Shown here: piece after piece, positions 35,592 to 45,716 of the stretch
Layout: the number at the start of each line of letters is the position of its first letter
How positions within the stretch are numbered: the stretch's first letter is position 1
Source: Acidobacteriota bacterium
GTDB taxonomy: Bacteria; Acidobacteriota; UBA6911; RPQK01; JADFOI01
Direction of reading: 5' to 3'
Length of the DNA stretch: 64,000 nucleotides
Assembly: GCA_963663035.1 (NCBI GenBank)
Contig: OY760074.1
Location: 2,080,001-2,144,000, forward strand
Notes under the pieces: generated by a model
Databases searched by the model: none
What the model was told of the DNA's origin: nothing
What the model saw: the letters and a program-made list of their open reading frames with translations, nothing else
Made by a program: the position numbers and the translations under genes

Positions 35592-36032
35592 GTGAGAAGC
35601 GAAAAGGGATTTTCGTTAACTGAACTTCTGATCAGTGTGGCTGTGATCAGTGTTATTTCAGCCATTGTGGTCCCCACTTTTCTTCAATCTAGGATTGCGG
35701 TTAATGAAGTGACGGCCATTAAAGTGGTGGGCGACGTGCTTTCCTCTCAAATGACTTACGCATCGACAAGGGGCATGGGAAGCTACAGCCCAGACCTGAG
35801 TGCCTTAGAGGAGGCTGGATTGATCGATGGCGTGCTCGAGGAGGGAACAGCCTTGGGTTATACGTTCTCCGTCTCTGGCAATCACTCTACATTCAGCATC
35901 CATGCCCGCCCCCTCGTCTTCGGCTCTTCGGGTACTCGCAGCTTCTACTGCGATCAGACAGGCATAATTCGCTATACGACGGACGACGCTCCGGCGACCT
36001 CGACCAGTCCACCTTTGGGCCAGGAAGGCTAG
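35592..36032 (+). CDS. Type IV pilin-like protein (prepilin N-terminal methylation motif)
   Basis: KG/FSLTELLISVAVISVISAIVVP class III signal; C-terminal GY.F...SGTRSFY.DQTG.IRY; start probably GTG 35592. Confidence 0.88.
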   Translation: MRSEKGFSLTELLISVAVISVISAIVVPTFLQSRIAVNEVTAIKVVGDVLSSQMTYASTRGMGSYSPDLSALEEAGLIDGVLEEGTALGYTFSVSGNHSTFSIHARPLVFGSSGTRSFYCDQTGIIRYTTDDAPATSTSPPLGQEG

Positions 36033-36035
36033 AAC

Positions 36036-36611
36036 CTACCGCTTTCCCCCTCTTCTCAGGAACTCTGTTAGCTTTGGCTCCAGTATCCGTGAAAACAGTC
36101 TTGGAAGTGAGATATCTACGATACTGGGCCAATTGGACTGCACGAGCCCAAGTCTCTCCAAGTTCCTGGCGTTCCCCTTTTCAAGCGAAATGTCCTTTAC
36201 GACGGTGAGCCATAGAAGAGGAGCACTTTGGACATAATCGGCAGGACGTTGCCGAAAAAGCCTCTCAATCAACCCCAGGGTTGTTATGATTTCCTTCAGG
36301 GAGATCTTGAGGTCCAAGACGGTGAGTTCCAGGATGTGAGCACTTTCTCCGTCAATATAAGGCCGACCCTGGAAACTCTCTGGTTCGAGTACTTCCACCA
36401 ATGTCAAATACGATTGTGTTGCCTGTTTCAAATAGCCAGCGATCCGAATTTCCTCCTCGGAAGTAAACGGCCCCCAACCATCCGTCAGGATCATCAACGT
36501 GGATCGGTTTCTCTGTGAGTTCGATTGGGCAGCCGCCTCCACTAACCCAGCGGAAGCGAATATCAACAGAAGAGAATAGAGGAACACGAGGAAGAACTTT
36601 TCCTTAGCCAT
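36036..36611 (-). CDS. Hypothetical secreted protein
   Basis: GAGGAG RBS and N-terminal signal peptide. Confidence 0.65.
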   Translation of the reverse strand: MAKEKFFLVFLYSLLLIFASAGLVEAAAQSNSQRNRSTLMILTDGWGPFTSEEEIRIAGYLKQATQSYLTLVEVLEPESFQGRPYIDGESAHILELTVLDLKISLKEIITTLGLIERLFRQRPADYVQSAPLLWLTVVKDISLEKGNARNLERLGLVQSNWPSIVDISLPRLFSRILEPKLTEFLRRGGKR

Positions 36612-36871
36612 TTCTCCTCATTTTACTTGATCGCTCCGCCCCTGCTCAACTGGTCGGCTCGAAAGTGCCGGAGTATCTCCTGCTGTGGGGTTCAAGCAGG
36701 AGTGGGCAGTTTCTTCAGCTTCTGTGACAGTCGTCACCGCCGAAATTTCTCGCACTCAATAGGATGATCATATCGCAGATCCCTCTCAGGTATTGCGGCG
36801 AAACCTTTCCTTAGCAGAGGAAAGTGACAACGGAGGATACCAGATAAAATGAATCGGACCTTGCCTTTCAG

Positions 36872-37687
36872 GTGCAAGGGCAAATGAGTCACCAGGACAC
36901 AATACGCCTTCATCAGAACCTGCAGACCGGAGCTGCCATATCCATTCAAGGCAGCTCCAAGGAAGAGCTGGCAGCATCTGTGGCAACAAACTGCTCCGAT
37001 GAAATTTGGCTGGAGCTTTCCAGACCAGCCTCACAACCCCCGTTTCAGGAAGAAGAACGAGTTCTCATCAAGTACTGGGATGAAGGAGCTATCGTCTATT
37101 GCTGGGAGGCTAACGTTATCAAGATCGCCGGGCCCACCTATCAGCACGTTGCCATCGCGATCCGCGGGCATGGAATAACGGTTCAACAGAGGCGAGCCTA
37201 CCGGGTGGAGTCGGCAATTCCCTTCTCCTTCAGTGTGATTGACGCTTCCGAACCTGCGCTGATCGGGGAAAAGATTCTCAGGGCCAAGACCCAGAATATC
37301 AGTGTGGCTGGCATGAGATTTGAAACAAGCCTTGGGTTGAAGGCCGGTGACAAACTGGAAATGAATTTTCGTTTGCCTGCCTCTAAAAAAGTGAACGCCG
37401 TGGGATGGGTTGTTCGAACTGAAGCGGTGGGGCAAAATGGAAACTCTCTCAATTCAGTCGCTTTGAAGTTCCTTCAGGTCAACGAGGAGAACCAGATGCA
37501 GCTGCTGGATTTCTTGGCTCAGGCCTATGAGCAAGCAACCGCTAGGCCAGCTGGGAAAAGTACATCTGCCAAGCCACAAAGCTCCGTCTCTCAGCCCGTT
37601 CGCACCCAGAATCTGTCTTCTGCCACGCCGGGTCAGAGAGTGAATCAACAAAGTCGTCAGAAAAGCTCGACATTCCAGTCCTCCTAA
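36872..37687 (+). CDS. PilZ-domain (YcgR-like) c-di-GMP receptor
   Basis: QRRAYR (RxxxR) and NISVAG (NxSxxG) motifs; N-terminal KYWD domain. Confidence 0.85.
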   Translation: MQGQMSHQDTIRLHQNLQTGAAISIQGSSKEELAASVATNCSDEIWLELSRPASQPPFQEEERVLIKYWDEGAIVYCWEANVIKIAGPTYQHVAIAIRGHGITVQQRRAYRVESAIPFSFSVIDASEPALIGEKILRAKTQNISVAGMRFETSLGLKAGDKLEMNFRLPASKKVNAVGWVVRTEAVGQNGNSLNSVALKFLQVNEENQMQLLDFLAQAYEQATARPAGKSTSAKPQSSVSQPVRTQNLSSATPGQRVNQQSRQKSSTFQSS

Positions 37688-37697
37688 TTGCCCCTAG

Positions 37698-37843
37698 CCC
37701 GCATTATACATAGGTTTTCGTAGCGAAGTGGCGCAAGCGCCGCGATGACAAGGCGGGTGAAGGGGTACCCGCTTGCGGGTCGCACAACGCCGTCAGCGCG
37801 GATGATTGCGACGCTGTAGTAGAAAATTTATGCATAATGCGGG
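37698..37843. mobile_element. MITE family A, copy 4 (internally deleted)
   Basis: TIRs CCCGCATTATACATA / TATGCATAATGCGGG; CTAG on the left, CTTA on the right. Confidence 0.9.
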
Positions 37844-37909
37844 CTTACTTCGGACAGTGCCGCAAATGGCGTCCAATTCAGGAACATGTAATGATGGAAG
37901 CTGAGAAAA

Positions 37910-39460
37910 TTGCTCGACAGCCCGGCGAGCATCGAGAAAATGGTTATTCCTTCGAGTCTTCCCGTGGTCAAAAGAGCCACGGCACATGACAAACGACTCG
38001 CCATCATTGCACGGGAGGGAAGCTACTCCTACGCCGATTTACTCGTGGCCGCCAACCGGGTAGCTTCGTGCCTACTCAGTGGCCGATCTGATCTGGGCGA
38101 AGCGCGGGTTGCTTTCATGGTCCCCCCGAGCTTTGAGTATGCGGCAGTGCAATGGGGAATCTGGGAGGCAGGAGGAATAGCGGTCCCACTCTGCACCGCA
38201 CACCCCCCACCGGAGATTGAGTACGTGCTACGGGACACGGAAGCAGAGACCGTGGTCACCCATCCCGACTTTGAAGAAGAATTGCGTCCCCTGGTCAGCG
38301 CCCGTAATGCCCGGATCCTCTCAACATCAGAGACTACAAGAGCCAGGGAATGTTCCCTTCCCGATGTGGCAACGGAGCGGCGGGCAATGATCCTGTACAC
38401 CAGCGGAACAACAAGCAAACCCAAAGGTGTCGTCACGACCCACCGGAACATCATGGCGCAGACCACCTCCCTGATAGATTCCTGGGAGTGGACAGCCGAG
38501 GATCAGATTTTAAATGTTCTGCCCCTTCATCACACACACGGCATCGTGAACATCCTTCTGTGCGCTTTATGGGCAGGGGCGACCTGTGAGATGCTGCCCG
38601 AATTTGATGCCAATACAGTGTGGCGCCGATTTATCAAGAGCGATCTGACACTGTTTATGGCTGTCCCTACGATCTACATCAAACTGATTTCAGCCTGGGA
38701 GAAAGCAACCAGGGAAGACCAACAAGTCATGTCAAAGGCCTGTGCCAAGATGCGCTTAATGGTGTCCGGATCGGCGCCTCTTCCAGCCAGCGTTTTGGAG
38801 AGATGGAGAGCCATAACCGGACACACTCTACTTGAGCGCTACGGACTGACTGAGGTGGGCATGGTGCTGTCCAATCCTCTTCATGGGGAGCGAAGGCCCG
38901 GTTCTGTGGGCGTGCCCTTGCCTGGTGTTGAGGTAAGACTGGTTGATGAAGCAGGTCATACCATAAGGGATGAGGAAGAGGCGGGAGAAATACAGGTGAG
39001 AGGTCCCAATGTTTTCCTGGAGTATCTGGGCCAACCAGAAGCTACTGCCAAGGCATTCCGTAACGGCTGGTTTTGCACCGGCGATGAGGCGGTCATCGAA
39101 GAAGGGTATTGTCGGATTCTGGGGAGAAGTTCCCTCGATATCATTAAGACGGGGGGAAACAAGGTATCCGCTCTCGAAGTAGAAGAAGTCTTGAGGACGC
39201 ATCCTGCAATCAGGGAATGTGCTGTGGTGGGCGTCAAGGATCAAGAGTGGGGAGAACGAGTCTGTGCCGCTGTGATACCCACGCCGACTCGTACCTTGTC
39301 GCTGGGTGATCTTCGCAGCTGGGCAAAGGCGAGGCTGGAAAAGTCTAAAGTACCCACCCGGCTCATTCTCCTGGAAGAACTGCCTCGTAATCTGATGGGA
39401 AAGGTCAGCAAACCGGAGTTAAAAGAGTTGTTTCAGTCCTCCTTTACTCCCCAGGTCTAG
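37910..39460 (+). CDS. Acyl-CoA synthetase (malonyl-CoA synthetase MatB/ACSF3-like)
   Basis: YTSGTTSKPKG, LPLHHTHG, SGSAPL, LLERYGLTE, TGD, LPRN.MGK. Confidence 0.9.
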   Translation: MLDSPASIEKMVIPSSLPVVKRATAHDKRLAIIAREGSYSYADLLVAANRVASCLLSGRSDLGEARVAFMVPPSFEYAAVQWGIWEAGGIAVPLCTAHPPPEIEYVLRDTEAETVVTHPDFEEELRPLVSARNARILSTSETTRARECSLPDVATERRAMILYTSGTTSKPKGVVTTHRNIMAQTTSLIDSWEWTAEDQILNVLPLHHTHGIVNILLCALWAGATCEMLPEFDANTVWRRFIKSDLTLFMAVPTIYIKLISAWEKATREDQQVMSKACAKMRLMVSGSAPLPASVLERWRAITGHTLLERYGLTEVGMVLSNPLHGERRPGSVGVPLPGVEVRLVDEAGHTIRDEEEAGEIQVRGPNVFLEYLGQPEATAKAFRNGWFCTGDEAVIEEGYCRILGRSSLDIIKTGGNKVSALEVEEVLRTHPAIRECAVVGVKDQEWGERVCAAVIPTPTRTLSLGDLRSWAKARLEKSKVPTRLILLEELPRNLMGKVSKPELKELFQSSFTPQV

Positions 39461-40197
39461 GTGTGATCCGCACTCGCTTGCTCCTGATCCACAAACTCGA
39501 CGATCTGCTTCCGCGTTTCCGGAAGCAGTTCAGAGAACTCGAGGCCGATCGAGTTCACATGATCCTCTCCCTGATCTACCTTCTCGGCTTTGACGACCGT
39601 GGCCAAAGTGCTGACTTGTTGTGACTCTGACAGCTGGAGGTTCAGCTTCAGCAGATCCATAGCCTTCAGAGGGGTGGTGGTTTCAAAGCTCAGACCGTTC
39701 CCACTGAGATCTACAGTGTCGGCCTGAAAGACTTTCCCCATGGTGAGACCTCTATGAACCGCTTCGATCACTTCAAACGAAAAGGATATCTTGGATCGAA
39801 GCCTGGAAGTCCTTCTCCTCTGCATGGCAACCGGTCTGCTCACGATCGAGAGTTCGACCTTGAGGTTCCCCGGTCCATAGACTCTGGAAACTTCGGCATG
39901 ACAAAAGTAGATCCCTTGTGGATCCCAGTACTTGAGCCGAACTTTCTCTCCTGCCTCGAAAGAAAGACCAGCTTTCCCTGCGGAAAGCTGAACACCCAGT
40001 GAATGTTCATCGATATCCGTCACCTTGGCGTCTCGCTCATCAAGGGGGTGTTCGACTTTTACGGGAAAGCCAATCTCCAGACGATGGATAAACTCCTTTG
40101 CCGTTTTTTCAGTCACTTCTTCTATTCTAACTGAAAAAGAGAGTCGTTTGACAAAATCTAACCCTGTCTTCCCTGTCAAGACCCTGTGCAGAAACAC
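39457..40197 (-). CDS. PilZ-domain protein
   Basis: QRRRTSR and DLSGNG motifs; KYWD domain; start uncertain. Confidence 0.82.
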   Translation of the reverse strand: MFLHRVLTGKTGLDFVKRLSFSVRIEEVTEKTAKEFIHRLEIGFPVKVEHPLDERDAKVTDIDEHSLGVQLSAGKAGLSFEAGEKVRLKYWDPQGIYFCHAEVSRVYGPGNLKVELSIVSRPVAMQRRRTSRLRSKISFSFEVIEAVHRGLTMGKVFQADTVDLSGNGLSFETTTPLKAMDLLKLNLQLSESQQVSTLATVVKAEKVDQGEDHVNSIGLEFSELLPETRKQIVEFVDQEQASADHT

Positions 40198-40313
40198 TAT
40201 CGATCAGGCAACGCACAAGCTCTTGTATCGTTTAAAGCGTTGCTGCATCTAGCACTGTGGAAGGTCAGAGACCTCTGGTATAAGAAATTCCGGCTCAGAT
40301 TCCTCGCGAATTT

Positions 40314-41612
40314 TTGGAGGTCGTTTGGTCGGGCCAGTGGCATATGACGATTGGAAAACCTCTGATGATCGAAAATGATCTCAATGGCCATCCACTCGAT
40401 CTGGCGGTAGGCATACCCTCTTACAACGAGGCCGACAACATTGGCTTTGTAGTCGAACAACTTGCCCAGGGATTGAAGAAATACTACCCTCACCTCAACA
40501 CCGCTATCATCAACGCCGACAACTCTTCTGAGGACGGCACCAAGGATGCCTTTCTCAGGGCAGACAGTGGCTCTATCCCAAAGGTTTACCTTTCTACGCC
40601 TCTCGGAGTCAAAGGTAAAGGCCACAATTTTCATAATCTCTTTGACTACCTCTCTAAGTATCAACCAGGGACTGTCGTCGTCGTCGATGCTGATTTACGT
40701 AGTATTCGACCATCCTGGCCCCGTACTCTGGCGGAACCGATCGCCAACGGCTTTGAGTTTGTGGCTCCGATTTACAGTCGAAACGAGTACGATGGAACGA
40801 TTACCAACCATCTCTGTTATCCCTTGATCTACGCTCTGTTGGGCAAGAACATCCGTCAACCGATAGCAGGCGATTTCGCCTTCTCCACAAGGCTCATGGA
40901 ACATTGGCGAACTCGAAAATGGGGGAGGAATGTTCGTCAATATGGGGTTGACATCTTCATGACCACCGAAGCTCTCATGGGGGATTTTCGGGTCGCCCAG
41001 GTGGTCTTGGGTTCCAAGGTTCACAAGCCGAGTGCTCCCAAGTTGGGGGACATGTTCAGTCAGGTGGTGGATACTCTCTTCGCCAGCCTGCTGAAGTCGA
41101 AGAACCGGTGGGACAACCATTTCCATGGACCCGACACGCCACCCGTGTACGGGAGTACCGAACCACTGGCTGCGCCCCAGGAAATGTCCATCGACTATAA
41201 ACGTTTAAAGAAACAGGCACTTCGGGAGTTCCCTTCCAGTGAAAGCCTAATTTTGCAGATTCTGCCACCTGAGACGGGGGAGAAGATCCGTGAGATGTTC
41301 CGAGTTCATCGTTTTCGAATATCGAGCCGGCTGTGGATGAAAATTGTCTATGACTTTCTTTGCAACTACGATCAGAGCGTGGATCGTCCTGAAAAGCTTC
41401 GGGTGATAGAGGCTTTAAAACCTCTATATTTGGCCAGAGTTATCTCTTTTATCCGAGAAACTTTAGAGCTTGACTACGAGGAGTGTGAGAACAAGATTCT
41501 TCGTCAAGCAAAAGTTTTCCGCTCTCACCGTAACATCTTGATTGAGAATATGGCTTTGCAGAGGCGAGTCACTCCAGGCCCGCCCAGGTCTCAACGCCCT
41601 GCCGTTCTTTAG
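40314..41612 (+). CDS. GT2-type glycosyltransferase, glucosylglycerate/mannosylglycerate synthase-like
   Basis: VGIPSYNEA, S.DGT, GKG, DADLRSI, Y.R..YDGTITN, RQPIAGDF, YGVDI; start uncertain. Confidence 0.85.
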   Translation: MEVVWSGQWHMTIGKPLMIENDLNGHPLDLAVGIPSYNEADNIGFVVEQLAQGLKKYYPHLNTAIINADNSSEDGTKDAFLRADSGSIPKVYLSTPLGVKGKGHNFHNLFDYLSKYQPGTVVVVDADLRSIRPSWPRTLAEPIANGFEFVAPIYSRNEYDGTITNHLCYPLIYALLGKNIRQPIAGDFAFSTRLMEHWRTRKWGRNVRQYGVDIFMTTEALMGDFRVAQVVLGSKVHKPSAPKLGDMFSQVVDTLFASLLKSKNRWDNHFHGPDTPPVYGSTEPLAAPQEMSIDYKRLKKQALREFPSSESLILQILPPETGEKIREMFRVHRFRISSRLWMKIVYDFLCNYDQSVDRPEKLRVIEALKPLYLARVISFIRETLELDYEECENKILRQAKVFRSHRNILIENMALQRRVTPGPPRSQRPAVL

Positions 41613-41883
41613 TGTCTCGTCCCATGAATACCATGATGTTTGTGGCGAGTGCGACGGCGTCGAGTTCGCGAAGCGACGACGACGCGATGTCTCTGTGCAT
41701 CGCGGAAGAGGAGCGACAAAGAAATCGATGCCGTCCCGCCGCCACCCTTCGGGCTGATGGGGGTTGCAGGCGATCTCTGCGTTGCTCGTCGTCGCCGACG
41801 CAGGGACATCACCTCCTCCTCGCTCCTTGATCTCGCCTCGCAAGACCCATCAGCAAACATCATGCTATTCATGGGACGAGACA
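41613..41883. mobile_element. MITE family C
   Basis: ~30-bp TIR TGTCTCGTCCCATGAATA(C/G)CATGATGTTTG with a 6-bp CTTTAG duplication. Confidence 0.9.
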
Positions 41884-41903
41884 CTTTAGCAGCTGCTAGG
41901 ATG

Positions 41904-43082
41904 TCATTGAGCGGTCCCCTCCGTCGAGATGTAATCTCTTGTGACTATATCCCAGTAATCTCGGTAGGGTCTCTGCTGGTGAAGCCTGAGAAAGCTCTCA
42001 AAGTGCTGCAGTAAGGTCGTGACGTAGGCACCGGAGAGGGTCTCCGGATGCCTCTGCCTGTAGTGGAAATAACTTCGGATGATCACGCTATTGGGATCGA
42101 CAGGCAGGTGTTTCAGGTTTTCAAGGAAGAGCGAGAATCCCCTGTTCCCAAACAGGTAAAACTCAACATTCGAGACGTAAAAAGTTGAGACCACTGATCC
42201 TTGTCTCTTCAAGTACTCCCCGACACTCCTGACAGCTGTCGGCCCCGCGAAGTCTCCAATGACCGGCACGATTCGATTTTCCTCCTGCATCTTTTTTAAA
42301 AACTGAAAATCGCTCTCGGAATTCAAATAATGTCGCATCTCACCTGTCTGATCTGTTGCCCTAGCCAGTTGCTCATAGGTGGGATACTGAGGCCGAGGCA
42401 GGCGGCCATGGCTACGGAATCTCAACTGGAAGCTTTCTTCGAAAAAGGTCACAGCGATTGCATGAAAAGTGTCGCGGTCTTCCTCCCGAGTCACATAAGG
42501 AAAGCGCCTTCGAATATCTGACCAGACTTCCAGAAAGTTCTGTTCAAAGAACTCGCGGTCTGAAGAGAGACTCCGAAAGTGCTCAACCAGAACAGGGATA
42601 TCGGCCGAAGGATCGGGTTGAAAGCCTTTCGGAGGTCTCTTGCCAAACAGGAGCGTGAGGTATTCCCATCGGTTTTCGGAAGCTTCGATGAGCTGCTTGA
42701 AAAAAAGATGTTGCAGAAGATTGTCGCGGCGCAAATCAATGATAAAGGCCGTGGCGGGTCTCACCTGAGCAATGTAAGTGAAGTTTTGGTCGGGTCCGAC
42801 TCCTAAATACACCTGTCCACTTGTTGTGATCTCCCTTAATCTGGGAAAGACCTGCAGGTAGGAGAGTTCATTGGAAATCAGATTGTCTGTGTCATAGTAA
42901 CCCGCCTCTTCGCTTAGTTCCAGAGACAGTTGCTCAAACTCTTGATCGGTTAATTCTCTGACCTCCCCCCCATTTTCCAGAGCCTGAGGCAGGCTGATGA
43001 TCAAAAGCAGAATGAGTGCGCCAACAGCAACTAGGAGTCTTCTCATGGGGAACATCTTGGGTCGATCAACAATCGGAGTCAA
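41904..43082 (-). CDS. Conserved hypothetical exported protein (LIC_10091-like)
   Basis: LSE..GY.DTDNLISNE, YLGVGPDQNFTYIA, FYVSNVE.YL. Confidence 0.75.
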   Translation of the reverse strand: MTPIVDRPKMFPMRRLLVAVGALILLLIISLPQALENGGEVRELTDQEFEQLSLELSEEAGYYDTDNLISNELSYLQVFPRLREITTSGQVYLGVGPDQNFTYIAQVRPATAFIIDLRRDNLLQHLFFKQLIEASENRWEYLTLLFGKRPPKGFQPDPSADIPVLVEHFRSLSSDREFFEQNFLEVWSDIRRRFPYVTREEDRDTFHAIAVTFFEESFQLRFRSHGRLPRPQYPTYEQLARATDQTGEMRHYLNSESDFQFLKKMQEENRIVPVIGDFAGPTAVRSVGEYLKRQGSVVSTFYVSNVEFYLFGNRGFSLFLENLKHLPVDPNSVIIRSYFHYRQRHPETLSGAYVTTLLQHFESFLRLHQQRPYRDYWDIVTRDYISTEGTAQ

Positions 43083-43178
43083 ACCGCAAGCCGGGATTGT
43101 GAATAATCCCGGCTATAGGCAAAGTTCATCAAACAAAGGCTATAATGATAGAGACAGCTGGCTACAAGGTAGAGGCAA

Positions 43179-43922
43179 ATGTTTACAAGGTTTCTCTTAC
43201 TGATCCTGCTAATCGGGGTTTCAGCCGCTCGCATGGCCGATTTGCCCGATCAACAGAAGCGAGTCCATCCTCCTGAATTCACCTTCCTAAGACTCGTGTA
43301 TTCGGGAGCAGATTGGACAGCTTCATCCTGGCATGTCGACTATCCCAAAGCCGACCAGCAGTTTCTTTATGGGCTGGGAAAACTCACCGATTTCGGGTTT
43401 GTGAACACCGAAAATCTGGCTCTACCCCTCTCCGACCCCGAGTTGTTCAAGTTTCCCTTCCTTTACGCTGTTGAAGTGGGGCAAATGTACCTCTCTGACG
43501 AGGAAGTGAGCCAGCTGAGGGAATATTTGCTCCGCGGGGGATTTCTGGTCGTGGATGACTTTCACGGGGAATACGAGTGGCAGAACTTTTACAGACAGAT
43601 AAAAAAAGTCTTTCCTGAATATGAGCCGATCGACCTCACCATCGACCATCCCATCTTTCACTGCTACTACGACATCAAGGAGCTTATCCAGGTCCCGGGA
43701 CTACAGTACGTCTACAGTGGGAGCACTTGGGAAAAAGGAGGATACCAGGCCCATTACAGAGGCATTCAGGATGAAAATGGTCGATTGATGGTGATGATCA
43801 ACCACAACGTCGACCTGGGTGACGCCTGGGAATGGGCTGAGGTGGAAGCCTATCCGCGTAAATATGCCAACCTCGCCTTCCACCTTGGAATCAACTACAT
43901 CGTCTACGCCATGAGTCACTAG
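43179..43922 (+). CDS. DUF4159 domain protein
   Basis: W..DYP.AD, LREYL.RGGFL..DDF, HPIF, N.DLGDAWE, GINY.VYA. Confidence 0.88.
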   Translation: MFTRFLLLILLIGVSAARMADLPDQQKRVHPPEFTFLRLVYSGADWTASSWHVDYPKADQQFLYGLGKLTDFGFVNTENLALPLSDPELFKFPFLYAVEVGQMYLSDEEVSQLREYLLRGGFLVVDDFHGEYEWQNFYRQIKKVFPEYEPIDLTIDHPIFHCYYDIKELIQVPGLQYVYSGSTWEKGGYQAHYRGIQDENGRLMVMINHNVDLGDAWEWAEVEAYPRKYANLAFHLGINYIVYAMSH

Positions 43923-44623
43923 CGGACTCCGAAGGTATACAGATACCCCACACTCATCTGCCAGTTGTGAGAGACTCCTTCCGGGCGAAAGCCAGCTCCC
44001 AGGAGAGGAGCTGTTGAAGGAAGTCCAAAATCATGCACGCCAGTGACATGATCGCGAACGTCGAAACGCACTCCCCAGTCAGGTGCCATGGCAAGCTTGA
44101 CACCTCCACCGTAGCTGAAAGCGAACTTCCCTCGATCTTCCAGTTCCACTCCCTGCTGTAAGGCCTCTTGTTTCGAATCAACGGAGACATCAAAGAAGGA
44201 GAACCCGATCCCCATGAAAGCGAAGGGAATGATTCGGCCTTCCCGCTCCCTGGGATAAATAACTACGTTGTAAGACAGGTTGTGAACCTTTTGATTCAAC
44301 TCCAGTTGGGGAATTGAGGGCGCCAAGTTCACAAAGAGGACCGGCTGGTTGGCCACGGCATACTCCAGCTCCGCTCCCAGACGCGGCCCCAGATTTTCGG
44401 CGATCCGGACACCGAGCACATAGCTCGAGTCGAAATTCAAACCCACATTCTGGGTTGTACCTCCCTCCACCGGAGTGACAAAAGTCCCATCCCCTATTGA
44501 ACTCAGACCAAAGAAAATCGAGAGTTCCCATTTGCTGTCACTTCGAAACCGTGGACTTTGGGCTGAGACTTCAGCCAAAGACAAAACAAGAAGCAACCAC
44601 AAGAGCGGGCAGTACCTGAGCAT
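43919..44623 (-). CDS. Outer-membrane beta-barrel protein (OmpA/OmpW-like)
   Basis: Signal peptide from ATG 44623 (AAAGGA RBS); amphipathic strands, YGGGVK, C-terminal Y.F. Confidence 0.8.
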   Translation of the reverse strand: MLRYCPLLWLLLVLSLAEVSAQSPRFRSDSKWELSIFFGLSSIGDGTFVTPVEGGTTQNVGLNFDSSYVLGVRIAENLGPRLGAELEYAVANQPVLFVNLAPSIPQLELNQKVHNLSYNVVIYPREREGRIIPFAFMGIGFSFFDVSVDSKQEALQQGVELEDRGKFAFSYGGGVKLAMAPDWGVRFDVRDHVTGVHDFGLPSTAPLLGAGFRPEGVSHNWQMSVGYLYTFGVR

Positions 44624-44638
44624 TCCTTTCCTTTCTAG

Positions 44639-44784
44639 CCGGGAGTATGCATAGGTTTTCGTAACGAAGTGCCGTAGGCGCCGCGATGACCAGGCGTGCG
44701 AGGGGTACCCGCTCTGCGGGTCGCACAACGCAGTCAGCGTGGATGATTGCGGCACTGCAGTAGAAAATTTATGCATAATTCCGG
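44639..44784. mobile_element. MITE family A, copy 5 (internally deleted)
   Basis: TIRs CCGGGAGTATGCATA / TATGCATAATTCCGG; internal sequence like copy 4. Confidence 0.88.
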
Positions 44785-44850
44785 CTTAAAGCTCTTTATT
44801 GTAACTGTTGAATGCGACAAGTAGGTGAAGGAGTAGGAGCGGCGGCCGGG

Positions 44851-45297
44851 CTAAGGGGTTTCCCCTGGTTCATCTCTTCTTCGCATCGGGCCCTGCCTTC
44901 GTCTTTGGCCGTCTCGATCACGCTGGGCGAGAAAATCCTCGAATTTCGCCATCTGGTCAGGTTCGAGAATGGCTCGAATTTGCTCCAGAGTCTCACCCCG
45001 AATGGCTCGATGTCGCCTATTGGCTTGCCGGTTGATGGCACCGAGTTGCTGACGACTTTCCTCAAGAATCCGATGGAGTTCTCCTCGCTGTGATGGGTTC
45101 AGATCCAACAAATCCGACAGGTAGCTCAGGCTGCGCTCTGGAGACTGATTTGTACGAGCCTCCTGGCGCACGCCAGGCCCCAGGACAGAGAAAGGGGGAC
45201 GCGGCTGAGCCCAAAAGAAGATGAGAGTACCCCCAAACAGGACACCCGTCCCAAAAATGAGCAGCACCAATAAAGTTGCCTTCATGCGACTGTTCAA
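44851..45297 (-). CDS. Spy/CpxP-like periplasmic protein
   Basis: N-terminal TM; LDLNPSQ and I..IL.PDQ LTxxQ-like motifs; third gene of the ECF module. Confidence 0.7.
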   Translation of the reverse strand: MNSRMKATLLVLLIFGTGVLFGGTLIFFWAQPRPPFSVLGPGVRQEARTNQSPERSLSYLSDLLDLNPSQRGELHRILEESRQQLGAINRQANRRHRAIRGETLEQIRAILEPDQMAKFEDFLAQRDRDGQRRRQGPMRRRDEPGETP

Positions 45298-45716
45298 GGG
45301 AGGAGTTCCTCCTCAGGGAGTTCTCTGAGAGAATCCACTACGTCTTCCACAGAAAGGTCCTCTGGTACCGGTTCTGAGAAGAAGACGGCAGAATAGTATT
45401 CCATGTCTGGCTCCACCTCGGTCTGCCTGTAGAGCAGAAAGCTGGTCGCCAGGACAAGGACCAGGAAGACTGGGATCAGCTGCTGTGCCACCCGCTGGAA
45501 CAGAACAGCAAAAGAAACCTCTGCTGTCTGAGCGAGGTGAGCCAGGCGCTGGCTAAAGAATGGAGGGGGATCGATTTGAGGAGCCGATTGCACTTGAAAG
45601 CCCAGGAAGCGGAAGACATCCCACCCTTTCCGGCACTCCTCACAACTGTTCAGGTGACTCTGATCCGGTGTTTCGTCAAAGTCCAATTCTGCGAAAGGAA
45701 TGTGCTCTTCAGGCAT
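45294..45716 (-). CDS. Putative zinc-binding anti-sigma factor
   Basis: HLNSCEEC (HxxxCxxC) plus a single TM; overlaps the ECF sigma stop. Confidence 0.78.
   Translation of the reverse strand: MPEEHIPFAELDFDETPDQSHLNSCEECRKGWDVFRFLGFQVQSAPQIDPPPFFSQRLAHLAQTAEVSFAVLFQRVAQQLIPVFLVLVLATSFLLYRQTEVEPDMEYYSAVFFSEPVPEDLSVEDVVDSLRELPEEELLP

Noticed and set aside
36780-36875. Glycine or c-di-GMP riboswitch upstream of the PilZ gene
   Set aside because: CTCTCAGG and CTTTCAGG occur, but the GGAGA and CCGAAG partner motifs and GEMM-type elements are missing
43919-44776. N-terminal extension of the beta-barrel ORF (MHKFSTAV...) and similar small ORFs at 15725, 25437 and 59371
   Set aside because: These peptides are translations of MITE family A; the real start is ATG 44623
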